Source: Ophelia neglecta (lineage: Eukaryota). From it: DNA of 64,000 nucleotides. The notes under the pieces are model-generated. The model searched no databases, was not told the DNA's origin, and worked only from the letters and a program-made list of their open reading frames with translations. A program made the translations under genes and the position numbers. Location of the stretch: contig OZ260663.1 of NCBI GenBank assembly GCA_965285935.1, forward strand, positions 33,914,001 through 33,978,000. The letters run 5' to 3'. Positions 40,280-52,995 of this stretch are shown here, piece by piece (the stretch's first letter is position 1; each line of letters starts with the position of its first letter).

Positions 40280-42737
40280 GGCCGATATATTTTATATTAA
40301 TATAAAATCCTAACCAAAGGATATGAATGTTACTCTGGCGCCAACAGAAAAAAAGCATGCAACTTAAACCTTGCCAGCAACGTATGTATTATGGGATCTA
40401 TCCGACTGCCCACAATCAGTTGACCTTTGTTGAAGGTATATCGAGACCGTGGTATAATTATTAATTAACCGATGGCTGCAGCGGCTAATCGAAGTGTGTG
40501 CATCGTGGAATACAGTAATGGCAAAATGAACTAAAATGTCCGATATGATCAATGTAGTTCATACCAACCTTAACTGTGTCCTTTCTTACTTCAGGAGACT
40601 GGCATTGGTGTTTTTATAGTAGCAGTCGCCAACACCGGGTGCATTGAATTTATGCCATTGTTCTATATATATTTAATACATTATTACACAGGCAAATCAC
40701 TGTCCAAAATAGTCCATTAAATTGGTTCGAAATAACCAGGAACCATCAGTCACAACTCCACAAACACTAATAAATCAATATTCACCTCCCAAGCAGTATA
40801 TAAACATGTAACAAAATAAAACATTCTAAAACAAAATATTATAAAACATTCAATAAGAATGAGGATGCTTTAAATGTAACATATGGAATGATCTAAACAC
40901 CACGCGTGAATAGGAGAGAACCCTCATGATATCTTTCTGCATATTTGTTCCTGTTTTTGTTCATTGCACTTCGAGGTAGGAGGTAGCGCCACCTCTATGG
41001 CAACTATTTAGGAGATTTCAATAACTCGATTTGTTAGCCTTTTGTAGGGTTTGCAATCTCAACATGCATGGACAAAGACTACAAGTTGTTTTCATTGCAT
41101 AATAAAGAGGCCTATATCCGGAAAGAGATTTAAACTTCCGTTGTACTGTATATGGAGCATGAAAATGTATACCCGTAAAGTTAGGTTTACATTCACTTGT
41201 CTGTTTTATGTTTGCGCGCAGTACACCATTTAGATTGAACAAGGTTTCTGGTGATGCTGTTTTGCGACTATTTTTGCCATTTCAATCAGGGTTAAGTTTG
41301 CAATGTAATGTCTGGTACGGTGTATTAAAAAGCATTGATGCATCTGAAGTATACCCTCAGATCATTACGCCCTATCCCGGATTATCAGTTTGTGGTAGCG
41401 ACTGTGTTTGTTATTGATTCCTCCTCACGAAATGCACAGTTAACATATTATGTGACATAGAAGCGGACGTAGGTCAACAGCTGTGTTGCATAAGCTTTCC
41501 CAACTTCTACTGCTTAACCAATCATGTATGTAGTTAATCCTTATTTTCAGTGCCATCCATTCATGTTGATTCGGTTATTTCCTCAGTCAAGAATGAGGAG
41601 ACAAATCACGGAGTACACAATGAATAGTGATGAATAATAAGAGCGAATTATACAGCCTCGTTCCCTTTTACTCTTCGGGGCGCAATGTGCTTAAGGCTAT
41701 GCAAGACAGATGAGTGTCTATTGATTATGATAGATAAGCCAAAATTATCAGGCATCCGCTAATTATAACAAGTAGGAGATAATGATCTCATTACATGAAT
41801 AGCTGCAACATTTCAACAGCCTTTTTTCCATTTATACAAGTGCTTCCAGTACGCTAAGGAATCGACAACAGGCAATAAGAAAAATCTAGCAGTCTATGGT
41901 TTAAATTAGATTATATTTAATCGCAATCATCAATGAAAATAACATTGGTAAATTGCTCTTTTGCTCTTGTTTAATGACAAAGCAATCGGAACATAATGCG
42001 AGGTTCTTTTTATAAAAAAATAATCATATGGACAAGGGAATGAATAGACTATACAGATACATATCATATCAATAATACAATTATGTCAATACCGAGGCTA
42101 TTTCCACCCTTATTTGATAATAATGTTTTACGTATTTTCGGGGCTGAAGGCAGAACTTTAGTACGACTTTGTCATTTCTTAATGTCCACAATTTCTTCTA
42201 TTGACAAATGAGGTAAACATATATGATTGTATTGCCTCGTCCTGATCGTACCACAAATATTGGACTAGAAGGATTTAAATGCCCAAATTGCAGTAGGCGA
42301 TGCAGATTAATTCTCGGTTCAATCTTTTTTATTGGCAAAGCAACACTGAGTTTCTCTCAACTTGTGTCCGGATACTTTCCTTAAAAAAAACATTTTGTTG
42401 AAGGAAATCCGAACGAAATGTTCGCTAATCAAGTTGCATTTGAGCAATTAGGGACACGGATGTTTTGATACTATTCCTATTGACGATGTTGCAGCACCAA
42501 ACTGTTTGAACAATCACTTCTGTTTCAGTCGATTGCGATTAGCTTCTAAACAACTCGTAGAATCTGTTTTTTTTTTCACTATTTCAATACTGATTGTTTT
42601 CTTGATGGTTTTGGCTATATTTCATTCCATGTAACACTAATTGATAAAGTGTGATAATTTTCAATCTTTTTGGGCCCAATGTCACATTGTGTTGCATTTT
42701 CGGTCGTCCAACATAATTCTAGTATAACTCTGTCGAT

Positions 42738-43060
42738 GTTTTCAGTTTTCGCACAACTGATGATCGAAATATGGCGTCGATTTCACAGTGACTCACCTAC
42801 TGCACCCGCTACTCGTGTTTTATAGTTGACACTCACCTTACTCACACTTGTACTCTTTATCTGCTACACGACTAAAATATTATCGATAACTCTTATATGT
42901 TTCCAGTTTTAGCACAAATGATAATCGAAATATGGCGTCACTTTTCACTGTGACTCACCTTCTGAACTCGCGACTCGTTTTTCATAGTTGACACTAACCT
43001 TCCTCACACTTGTACCCTTTATCTGCTACACGACTAAAATATTATCGGTAACTCTTATAT
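42738..43060. repeat. Two-copy tandem duplication, 161-bp period
   Basis: ATGGCGTC at 42771 and 42932; both units share atctgctacacgactaaaatattatcg. Confidence 0.9.
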
Positions 43061-44142
43061 TTTTAAGTCATAGAGGAGTGGAAACGCTTCAACAGAATTG
43101 CACATAATAATATCTACCGACGTGCGCCGAGGAGACGCAGTTCTGGGTTTCGAATGTTTTGAACCGAGGAGATTCTGCGACTTAAACCATATTTGTGCAT
43201 TGCACTGTATTCCTGCTTAAAATATCTTACATCAACAATGAGTTGACGCCCAACTTTGCTGAAGTGGTGATTGTCACTGACAGGAGCCCAATTTATCTTT
43301 TATCTGGCTATGAAAAACGCCACTCAACCACTGCAACTTCAATGTGATGTGGAGCTTGAGTGCTATTGACAAATGTCGAAAGCTTTGCATTCCTGCCCTA
43401 CCGGATACACTTTTGTGATGCCGGAGCATGAATAGTGGCAATAAATCTATTTCTTGAATTGTTTATGTTTGCATCGGGAAGTAAATCGTCTGAATACATG
43501 CTTCAGTGTCTCCGATGTGTCCTTCCGGTGTGCATCTATAGTGCATAAATCTACGGGACCTTTTGTACTGTGTTATTAGTCTTAGCCAGGTGCTAGCTCG
43601 CGTTCTTCTTCATTGTTTATATCTAGACTGGGCCGATTTGTTAAAAGAATTTCGTAATAGGATTTCAACAAAGCCTTCGTTTCAAAGACCTTTTTGATTA
43701 ATGAACATTGCTGCGGACATCGAGGGACTTTATTGTACCTTATCTGCACATAAACTAGTCGGATAGTTGCCTATCAGACTGTACGTTTAGTGACGGGTCT
43801 TAAATGGGGGTATTCCTTCATAGAGAGAGATATTTATGCTTTGAGTATGGCATTAGAATGCTCTTATATCTCATAAAGGGTCTTTGGAGATTTTGTTCTT
43901 CACTTACATTATCCAACGAAGAATGTTTATTATGATATTACTGACTATGTCATATTCGGCAAGAAACACCTAACACTATGATAGAATTTTATACATAATA
44001 TAACGTTATATGATAAGGTTATAAATTATATGATTTATTAACAATACAATTTAGCTTAATTTATTTATGTACTAGGCACTTATAAGAAATAGGATGCCTA
44101 CATAAATGATAAATTATTATATTTTTTTGAATTGCAGATAAA

Positions 44143-47100
44143 ATGTCATTTCTAACTTGGATAATGTTTTTGATGTTACGGTGCTACGGCGGCAACACAC
44201 AAGGTGAGTAATGGCAAATGTTGATGTCGAATCAAATAAGTCAAAAATGTGCTTACTCTAGACATTTGAAGAAAAAACGGTGAGGATAAGTTTTATCGAG
44301 AATTGTGCATTAAATCGGACCGACATGAACAGAAACAGTCCCCAAAACAACACTTCCCAATCCCCTAGCAGTAAATGAATTTGTAACGAAAAAGTACTAT
44401 TCTATTAAACTTGATAAATTACAATGAGAAGCATAAATGAAAGTTACGCATAGTAACTTCTTGCTGTTACTTGAATCCCTAGATTGTCCTAATGTCGTCA
44501 CTTAGTGCAAAGATAAAAGATCATGACAAAGATAACATTATATTTCAAACCTAGACAAAAGCTGTTTGAAAAAGCATATGGAAAATATCAAACATACTTC
44601 TCGGCTTGAAAGTATGCATGTCATGTCGACTGGAAAGCCAGACGGGAAGGACATTGCCCAGTTAAACAGCATAAATTGGTACTGAACGCAACGTTGCCTA
44701 ATATTGAAAATACTGAGAGGATATTGAAACTAAGTTAAAACTTTAGCAGATATGGCCCCGGTCCGGTGATGAATGACATGGTTCAGAAAACTAGACGGAT
44801 TGTGAGATCTTGAGTCCTTAATACAGTATCTAAAAGAATGAGCGCATATGGCCTGACGAGTGCATGAACGTTTTAAACCTAACGTTTTTGAAGATGTCCC
44901 AATATGAATCTATTTCCTTAATATGGCCCACATTTTATTGCCATTCATTGCCTAAGCAAGCAACAACTTCCAATCATTGAATCAGCGTCCAGAGACGCAC
45001 CGAACGTTATTATATTACAATAGAAATACCCAGCTGCCATTGTTCCAGTTTCATAAAATGATAGCAGTCCACTCACTTTATAATATGACAGGAACTTGGA
45101 TTTCGATTTCCTGGACGGTTTTCTTAGAAGAGGAAGGCTCAATTTAAGATAAACATGAAACTTGACACATGCTTACGTGCACAAGGTATGGAGAAGTCAC
45201 TGGTTTGCAAGGATATCCGCCTTTCCAAAATGAAGGCATATTGTTGATACATTATCTCACTACAAAAACGATTTCTGACAAAGGCTAGACAAACTATGAA
45301 AAATAAGAGAGATCTCCATCGCTGGTTGGAACGTACACGAAATGATAATAAGCCGGGCAGGAAGACAGCTCCCTGTTGCTTTTTGCGCTGTTTGCAATTA
45401 TTTATGATTAATCATGTATAAGAACAAACATCCATTAATTGATATGTTTCATTTATTTTAATTATTTCAAAGTAACACACATTTTGCCTGATAGAGAGCA
45501 TGCTGTCTCGCGTTGAGTAATGTATCACAAATAGTGACTTTCCTGCAAATAGGACGTGCCCTACGATAAGGTTTCTTGACGACAATTAGTAAAATTTAAT
45601 TTACAATATATGTTCGCTATATTCTTTTATAAGTTTCATCATTGGTTTTATTAGCAAAACAAGTATCTTTAATCAACTGACAATATATACATGCATATAG
45701 GTTTTTCTTTAATGTTTCAGCAGACCACAACCATCTTCATGACATATGTAAAAGCACTCTGCGAATAGTTTGGCTACAATCAGGCGACACCGGAAGTATA
45801 TTTCTACATTTAAACGAGTCGGCAGCCAATCTTTCACATCATGAATTGGATGCCCCTTCGTGCCATATTCAGTTACTAGGATGTAACGGATGTAAGCTAC
45901 GCATATCAGTTCAAAACCTACACCTACCTGAGTGTGAAGTGGCAGAAGTCCCCCAATTTCCTGTGTGCATGGCGAGGTAGGAGACACTTGTTGTTTACTA
46001 ATTGTTACACACTCAGTATCAGCTAAGTGGCCCGATTTAGGTTTCAATACTGTCGCCAGGTCATGTCAGTGTAAAATAGACCTACCAGAAAGCATTTAAA
46101 TGCCTGCCATCTTTCATCGGGAAGTCATGGTTTAGCCTTGATAAATAAAATTGATTTGTGTATCTGTACCAAAAGTACCAAATTGGGAAAAAGGATTTGC
46201 CACGAACAGGCTTTCTGAAATAAGTTTTACATTTCCAAAATATAAACAGTCCTCCAAATTGAGTTAACTTGTATGTAGAAATACGCAGGTTTGTCAAGAA
46301 AGTAGATATCCTGAATGACTACTCGGCAAATAGTAAAGAAAAGTATATTGTAAGATTATAGCCTTTGTTAATGCGTGGCAATCAGGGAATGTTTAACAAC
46401 AACTTTCATCTGTACAAAGACTAGTTAGGTTTCTTATATACAAACCCACATGTGTTAAATCACCTCATACATAATTATACATTACACCATTCTATTGCCA
46501 CAGGAACTTGCTAAGGACATTTTTTGCCTACATTTTAATGCCACAGAATGAGAAAAGTCATACCGGAAAAGGAACGCATTAATTAACGATTGTCCTTAAA
46601 GTCCTTGAAACTTGCAGCCGTGCATTATTAAAAGGGATAAACTTTTTTAATCACCAGCATTAAAGAACAGAAATCGTACCTTGTGTGAATAAGTTTATGC
46701 ATTTGTCTCGGAGCGAACAAATTGGGTCACACTCGTGTATGGCGTGGTTTGACGGGCCGCCAAGGGCCAAAGGAGGTTTTTAGTGACACTTCCGCCACAC
46801 CATATGTTCCGCCAATGCAAAATAACTACAAATATTTTTGCGCGCAAACTTGTTGATAAGTTCCGTGGGTCTTATTTGGAATCGTTCCATCTGCAGCAGG
46901 TTTTTACGAATATCAAGTTATTACAGTTATGAAGCCAAGCATTGAGTATTTTCAACCTTAGGTAGTCGTTCTCTTTAAGTTTACCATGTGCATGTCGTAA
47001 TTCACGCAATGATATTAATAAGTAATTTAGTCGGTTTGTCAGCACATTGACAAACTGCCTCCTGTGGTCGTCAATACGTGATGTTAAAACGCTGTTATTT

Positions 47101-50100
47101 GTTCTCGTGCTTTATTGATATTGTTAGCAATATGAAAATTTAATAAGATAACAAATCAAATAGTTTACGGAGTATATTCTATTTTTTCAGCTGTGACCAT
47201 CTGCTTGTGTATGAATCCTCCTACAGTGATATTACGTCGCAATTTTTATATTTGAAAAATAACACCGACTTTTATAACCGAACTTTCGAATCCATATCAT
47301 CAAGTGTGTACATAAAGCTGTGCCTAGAAAATGGGGAGATGAAAAATACAAACATTTCTTTAGATATAACATTTCAGGTCATAGGTAAGAATGATATGTA
47401 TTATATATATTTCGCACAGTCTATTTTGGTGTGCCGCAAATTTGACTGTTGTATTGTAACTTGGTGCCATTTGCACATTTGTACCTGGTTTCGCAACTTA
47501 TTGTTACCCCCTAAAATGAATATGCAATTATTGCGATGTTGGTGGAAAGTTGACCTGCATTGTTCACACTAGAAATCATTTCTCCTTTATATGATTTTCA
47601 GACAAGGTAGAACTGTTCACAGGAAGTCCGTATGGATGGCACCATCGAGGGTCGCTTCAATCTCCAGCCTTTCCCCACGGCTATGCCTTGATGGGAGAAC
47701 AATACATTTACACTTTGAGCAACACTGACAGGACTGGCAGAATACATGTGCAGATGACAGACTGGGATCTAACACCAAACACTAGGCTACTTGTAAGTTT
47801 CAGTGTAAAGAGTGTTTGAATTTCTGCGAAAACATACGAGCACAGCGAGTTCCTTATTTGCTGTGTGAGGATCAAGTAGTATAGGGACATAAATAACTAG
47901 AGATCGGCTAGGCAGTGACGTGGGTGCAATTGTACTTTGGTCGTATTTTTTCACTATAAATCCGGGAGCTACCGTCTAACAAATCTATAATAGCAGTGAG
48001 AAAGTATATATAATGTTTATCAATGGAATAGAAGGAATTAGCTCAATTGGAAAGCATTATTCTTTTAGATTTTTGATTGCACGAACCGTTCCGAATGCGT
48101 ACCCTCTGTGCATTATGGGTACTATTTTCGACCGGTTGTGACTTCACTCAATCCCACAATGCATTTAGTGTTTGAACCGGAGTACGGAACATTGGATTCC
48201 AGATCCAACACTCTTGGTTTTAGGGCGTCTTTTTTATATCTTACAGGTAGGTGAAGCGTATTGGTCGATTTACATTCTCATTCTAATGTGGAAAACTTTA
48301 CATTTGATAACGTGTGTTTAAAGGACACAGAAAAGCAATGATGTGCTAACATCGAACAATTTCCTGTTACAGATAATACGAGTGTGATATCTCCAGTGAC
48401 CGGTACGATGAAATTGTTGAAACGTACAGTGTTGAACCATTGAACCAGTGTTGTTATAAATATATACTAAAAAGTTTGAGATGAAATAATTATGCTATGG
48501 GTGAAAAAAATTTTTTTTAGCAATGCTTCCATTCAAACGTGATTAAGAATTTTATATATACTCCACGCATGCCAACTATTAAAGGGTACATTTAGAACAA
48601 ATTGCTACAGCTCCTGGTTACATTCATTTCTGTTATGTCACCAATTGCCTTATCCACGTTATGTAATCACCCCTATCTAACATATTTCAAACTTTCAAGC
48701 TTGTGGGAAATATTTTGGCTATCGTCTGGGCGGTGGAGGTCACATGACATTTTCGATGTCACAACGTCTGTACGAAAGACGCTCACATGACTGCGTATGG
48801 GTCATTCGGAAACACAGTGCCTTCGATTTCGTGCTTCTCAGGGTAGAAAATACGTCATTTGTATACGGTAAGTCACTCAGTTAAGGTTCGACATATCATA
48901 AGTTCACTTATTCAGACAAACATAGTTTAGAATGATTTTTATTTCTTGAATCAGATATCAGATCAGAAATGATTTATTCGAACAATTATATATATACAAC
49001 AATAAAAGAAAAAAAAAGAATGAACTGAAAAATAAATCCTATCGTAATATTGGTCATGGAGACTTTCATTAACATTTATACAAAAATCGCTAGCATGAAA
49101 GCCATCATAATATATGATAACATAGATTTACCGGTTATAACGAACAATACTACACAATCAGTATATTATTAGCAATTGTACGAACGATAATTGCAGTTCT
49201 GTACAGACAAGTTATAAACAGAAAAACATCAAAAACACAGTGTTAAATCAATGTTAGAGTATGTAAGGCATGGACTGGTAAGGGACCAGTGTATAGAAAA
49301 AAGGCCAACAACAACGGGTAACATAATGTAACAGGGATATATGAGCAGATCATGGTCACTTAACCATGATACACCACACTCCTACTAGCTTGGCTAGAGG
49401 GGTTACCCCTTTGGATACCTGGTAGAGCTGTTGGCTGGAGTGTGAGAGGTTGCCGGTTCATACCCCGCTGAGACCACCGGTTGTTACAATACTATTACTC
49501 CAATGATGGCAAGACCATTGGAGACGAGACCGACACAAAGAATCTCAGGCGACCATAACCCGCCAAACCACTATCACGCACACTTACATGCAGCGCATCA
49601 CCCAACACAACACGTGTAGTAGTATTAAGGCACCGCAGTACACAAAGCACAGGAAATATTAATTTTGTACATACTTTTTAATATAATTCTTATTTTAGAT
49701 ACCTGGAAACTAGAGATACGCGCCAGTTTGACATCCCAGTCGACAATTCTAGATACAATCGAATCAGGGGGAAAAATACCGCGGCTACTCAATGATACAA
49801 CATCAAATGACCGCACTCAATCAGCGTCGCTGGGACCACGTACATACACCAGCTACAGGGGGTTCTACATCCGGTTGACGGGCCTATTATCATCAAGAGA
49901 TAATTTCTCATTCACCTTCGTTTCGTTTAATAAACCTGTTTATGGTATGAGTCATATTGCAAACCATATAAAATTCCATTTTAAACGACCTTATACTTCA
50001 ACAGTTTATATTTGAAAATTGATAAATGGATACAATAAAGATCTGGTACTTGCACTAGGTACCTGCGGACATTCCAGTGATCATTATTGCCCTGACTTAT

Positions 50101-52094
50101 CAGTACCACAAGGCGGGGCGTGCATTGACAGGCGTCTGGTATGCGACGGACATGCCCACTGTATCAATGCCAGTGATGAAGGCCCACTATGTTCATGTTT
50201 GTATACAGTTATTGTCATTGACCGGTTTGCGTTTGATAAGTTAACTTCAGTGTATGTAAGTTTAAGCAATTCTTAATTAAACGTGTTAAAGGATCAGACC
50301 TACTGCTGGTTAACCTACCTCAATTATTTGGCTTAGCCGCTCGTTAACTATCGATCGCCAATCAATCTCTCCACCCGAAACGGGACAAGAGAAATTTTGG
50401 GTACATGAATGACCTTTGCTACCTAAACAGAATTATTTATTACCCTCAGTTACATGCATAATGATGTTGCTTGTGCAGATCAGCAGCCCACTTCTCGTCC
50501 AATTGCTGCGATCCCTTTCCCAACGTGCGAACCTAACGAGTTTCGCTGTGGACGTGCTGGGTATCGTCCGGGAAAATGTATTCCACTGCACATGACATGT
50601 GACGGCTGGATAGACTGCCACGATGGCTCCGATGAGTATTTCTGTGGTAAAGTTCTTTCATAACTGTTGATTTAAATTCTATACAGTTATGAAGTCTCGA
50701 TAACTGACGCGACAAGATAGCGGCTACAGCGTCAGTGGCCAAGAACAAATTGACTTTTTTGGCAGCAATCTCTTTAAACATTGATCTTCTTCACCCTAAG
50801 CTCATATCCGGTAATCAATTTGGAAAAAAAGACAATATGAACATATCACTTTAGATACGGAAGTGCCTAACCAGGGAAACGACCAAAATGAAACGGCAAT
50901 GCATGTCTCCAAATCATGAATTACTTTACTGAAGTATTAAGTCTCTCATATTATATATGTTCATTGTAGGGACAACATATTCATATATGTCGACAAAAGA
51001 AAGTGAGTGTCCGTCTGAGGCTATAAATTGCGGCCGAGAATGTGTCCCACTAGATATGGTCTGTACGCACATCTCTTGCCAAGACCAATTGAGTTACTGG
51101 AAGTGCCCTTCTAACAGTAAGCAATTGGCTTGATACGCCAATAATGTCCACCAAACCCATAATCAGTCAATGGTGCGGATTGACTTAATGTCAGAGTTCA
51201 TATCGTGTCGGCTAATGAGAACATTGAATGTGAAATGAAGCCTCCAATCATGTATTTATTTTCAGTAACGAAGTCGCGGGAGGTAGACCTTGAACTTGTT
51301 TTCCCGCTGTGCTTTGCGGCGTTCGTAGTCATCATAGCCATCTTTGCCATAATTTTGCGCTTTCGACAGAGGATGAAACCCACGCGACATCAAGTGCTCT
51401 CACCCCCTTTGAGACCTACCAGGCTTCCATCAAGATCACGCCGTCGTACGATACATATTCTATTATATTTCATTCTCGTTTTTTGTCTATTCTCGTTGGA
51501 AATAAAACCTAAAGAGGGACGAGGATATTGAAAGCTGAAGTTAAATTGGATGTAAATATTAATAACGTATGAGAGATTATGACTCCTCCCTTAGGGATGT
51601 ATACTCTCACACCTAAACGACATACTACTTATGATATTTCAGCTCGTAGTGGGATATACTGTGGAAGAGCTGGTACTTGTCTCCATCTGTCGCGAAGCAC
51701 AAGCGCTGCCAGCTCGGAACCCTTTCTTGCCAACCCGCCGTCTTACGAGGACAGCTTGATCGGCTCACCGACAGGAGAAACTGTGGCGGTATACACCGTC
51801 TATGTATTAAGCATAAATCATCACCAATCAATTTTAAATGTTTAAACACTACCAGTTATTTCTACAGTACAAATGTTTATTTCTTCTTTTTTGGACTAAT
51901 TGTGCTCAAGCCCATCTTTGACAGGTAATAGAGTTTCTTATTTTATTACGTTTTTATGAACATTCCAGGAAAGTTGCCTTGGATCCCAAACTACCAGTCA
52001 TAATACATCGCCTCTGTTGGAGCCACCGCCTCCCTACTCAGCCAATAAAAGACTATTAGACAAGGAGGGTCTAGCCGACGTCATGATTGCTTGA
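44143..52094 (+). CDS. Multi-exon type-I membrane protein: signal peptide, 3 CUB(-like) domains, 3 LDL-receptor class A modules, TM helix, cytoplasmic PPxY motifs (LRP12/LRP10/NETO-like architecture), ~747 aa
   Basis: GT-AG exons with consistent phases: 44143-44203 ([20 protein letters not shown]), 45721-45976, 47191-47384 ([22 protein letters not shown]), 47602-47792 ([12 protein letters not shown]), 48069-48246 (GFRASF), 48373-48402, 48700-48867 (CGKYF..DCVWVI), 49699-49944, 50059-50196 ([20 protein letters not shown]), 50479-50646 ([21 protein letters not shown]), 50970-51116, 51266-51445 ([23 protein letters not shown]), 51643-51803 (PPSYED), 51969-52094 (PPPPYS, TGA). Sum 2244 nt, no internal stops. 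Donors at 50196, 51445 and 51803 are weaker and were chosen by phase. Confidence 0.9.
48950..49330 (-). mobile_element. Probable LINE 3'-UTR remnant in the same intron
   Basis: Minus-strand AATAAA followed by a short (TCTGA)n tail, preceded by T-rich UTR-like sequence. Confidence 0.4.
49405..49650 (+). mobile_element. tRNA-derived SINE-like insertion in an intron of the CUB-LDLa gene
   Basis: A-box-like TGGATACCTGGTAGAG (~49412) and B-box-like GGTTCATACCC (49455-49465) at tRNA-like spacing; no complete cloverleaf. Confidence 0.5.
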
Positions 52095-52989
52095 GGCCTT
52101 CGTATTTTGTGCACAAATACTTGACAGATTAGAGAACCAAGGAAGTTTAAACCATTCCATGTACAACATGGTTAATAAGATTTTTTTCTGGTGAAACTGT
52201 TAATTGTTTCGAATTAAATGTGAACAAAAGAAACAACCGAAGTTGGTGGTATTTAACAAACAGACAAGTAAATATCACCTCTTCTCGTAGACGGGTCTTG
52301 AGTGGGCAGTCGATGTGACAGTGTATAGATATCCTGCCGGGTATATGTTGTTTTTTGTATTAGATGTGCCCTTGAGTTATATATGTAGCCTTTTTCTTTG
52401 TATAAGTTATGATATTGCGACCACAAAACATAGCCCTAGTCACCAGTAAACATTTTACCGCTGCTTGTTCACTCTCAAACGTCCACTGTGATAAATTTAG
52501 TCCTGGGCACTTACATATCACCGATAATGTAACGTATGGTTTTGTAATAAATATATGGATATGTGACATAGAATCCTCTATGTTTCTTCGTTACTTTCAT
52601 ATTTCAATGATGAGGTATATATGTCCTCGAACGGCGGGAAGGGCCGTGGGGGCAGGGGGTCTTATATCCGGTAATTGCATATTTTTCCCTGATTGTATTA
52701 TATTTACTCATAGAGCCATGTCATGGCGTCATACGTCATATTGCCGTTTTGTTCTATAATATAGTAGACAATATATATTAGTCTATCTTTTTATATCCAT
52801 CTATTTATTTTGTTTGAGTGCATTTATCGGCCTCGGTAAGAAACATATCGCACAACTCAAAGAGTGCTATAAATGCATAAAATAGCACTCTGCCTAGAAA
52901 AAGAGAGTATGAGGTATTATAAATCAGATAAGGTAAGCAGTTCATCAAAAATGAATAATCATATATTACTTTAAAAGCAGTAAACGTTT

Positions 52990-52995
52990 AATAAA
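52990..52995 (+). terminator. Candidate polyadenylation signal of the CUB-LDLa gene
   Basis: AATAAA ~900 nt after the TGA; ATTAAA near 52214 is an alternative. Confidence 0.25.

Larger units (their letters stand above)
35291..40285 (-). mobile_element. CR1-clade non-LTR retrotransposon (LINE), near full length, probably 5'-truncated in ORF1, inactivated by frameshifts
   Basis: ORF1, spacer, then ORF2 with PHD, APE endonuclease (ITETWL, VYRPP, GDFN, LIDNIF, SDHFPIF) and RT (NYRPVS, FLDFSKAFDTV, GVPQGSILGPLLFLLYIND, FADDT); 3' AATAAA plus (TTGAA)n tail. Confidence 0.95.

Noticed and set aside
45709-46047. 112-aa minus ORF
   Set aside because: Antisense shadow of coding exon 2 (45721-45976) of the CUB-LDLa gene.
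49405-49480. tRNA gene
   Set aside because: A/B boxes are degenerate and no cloverleaf forms; treated as a SINE head.
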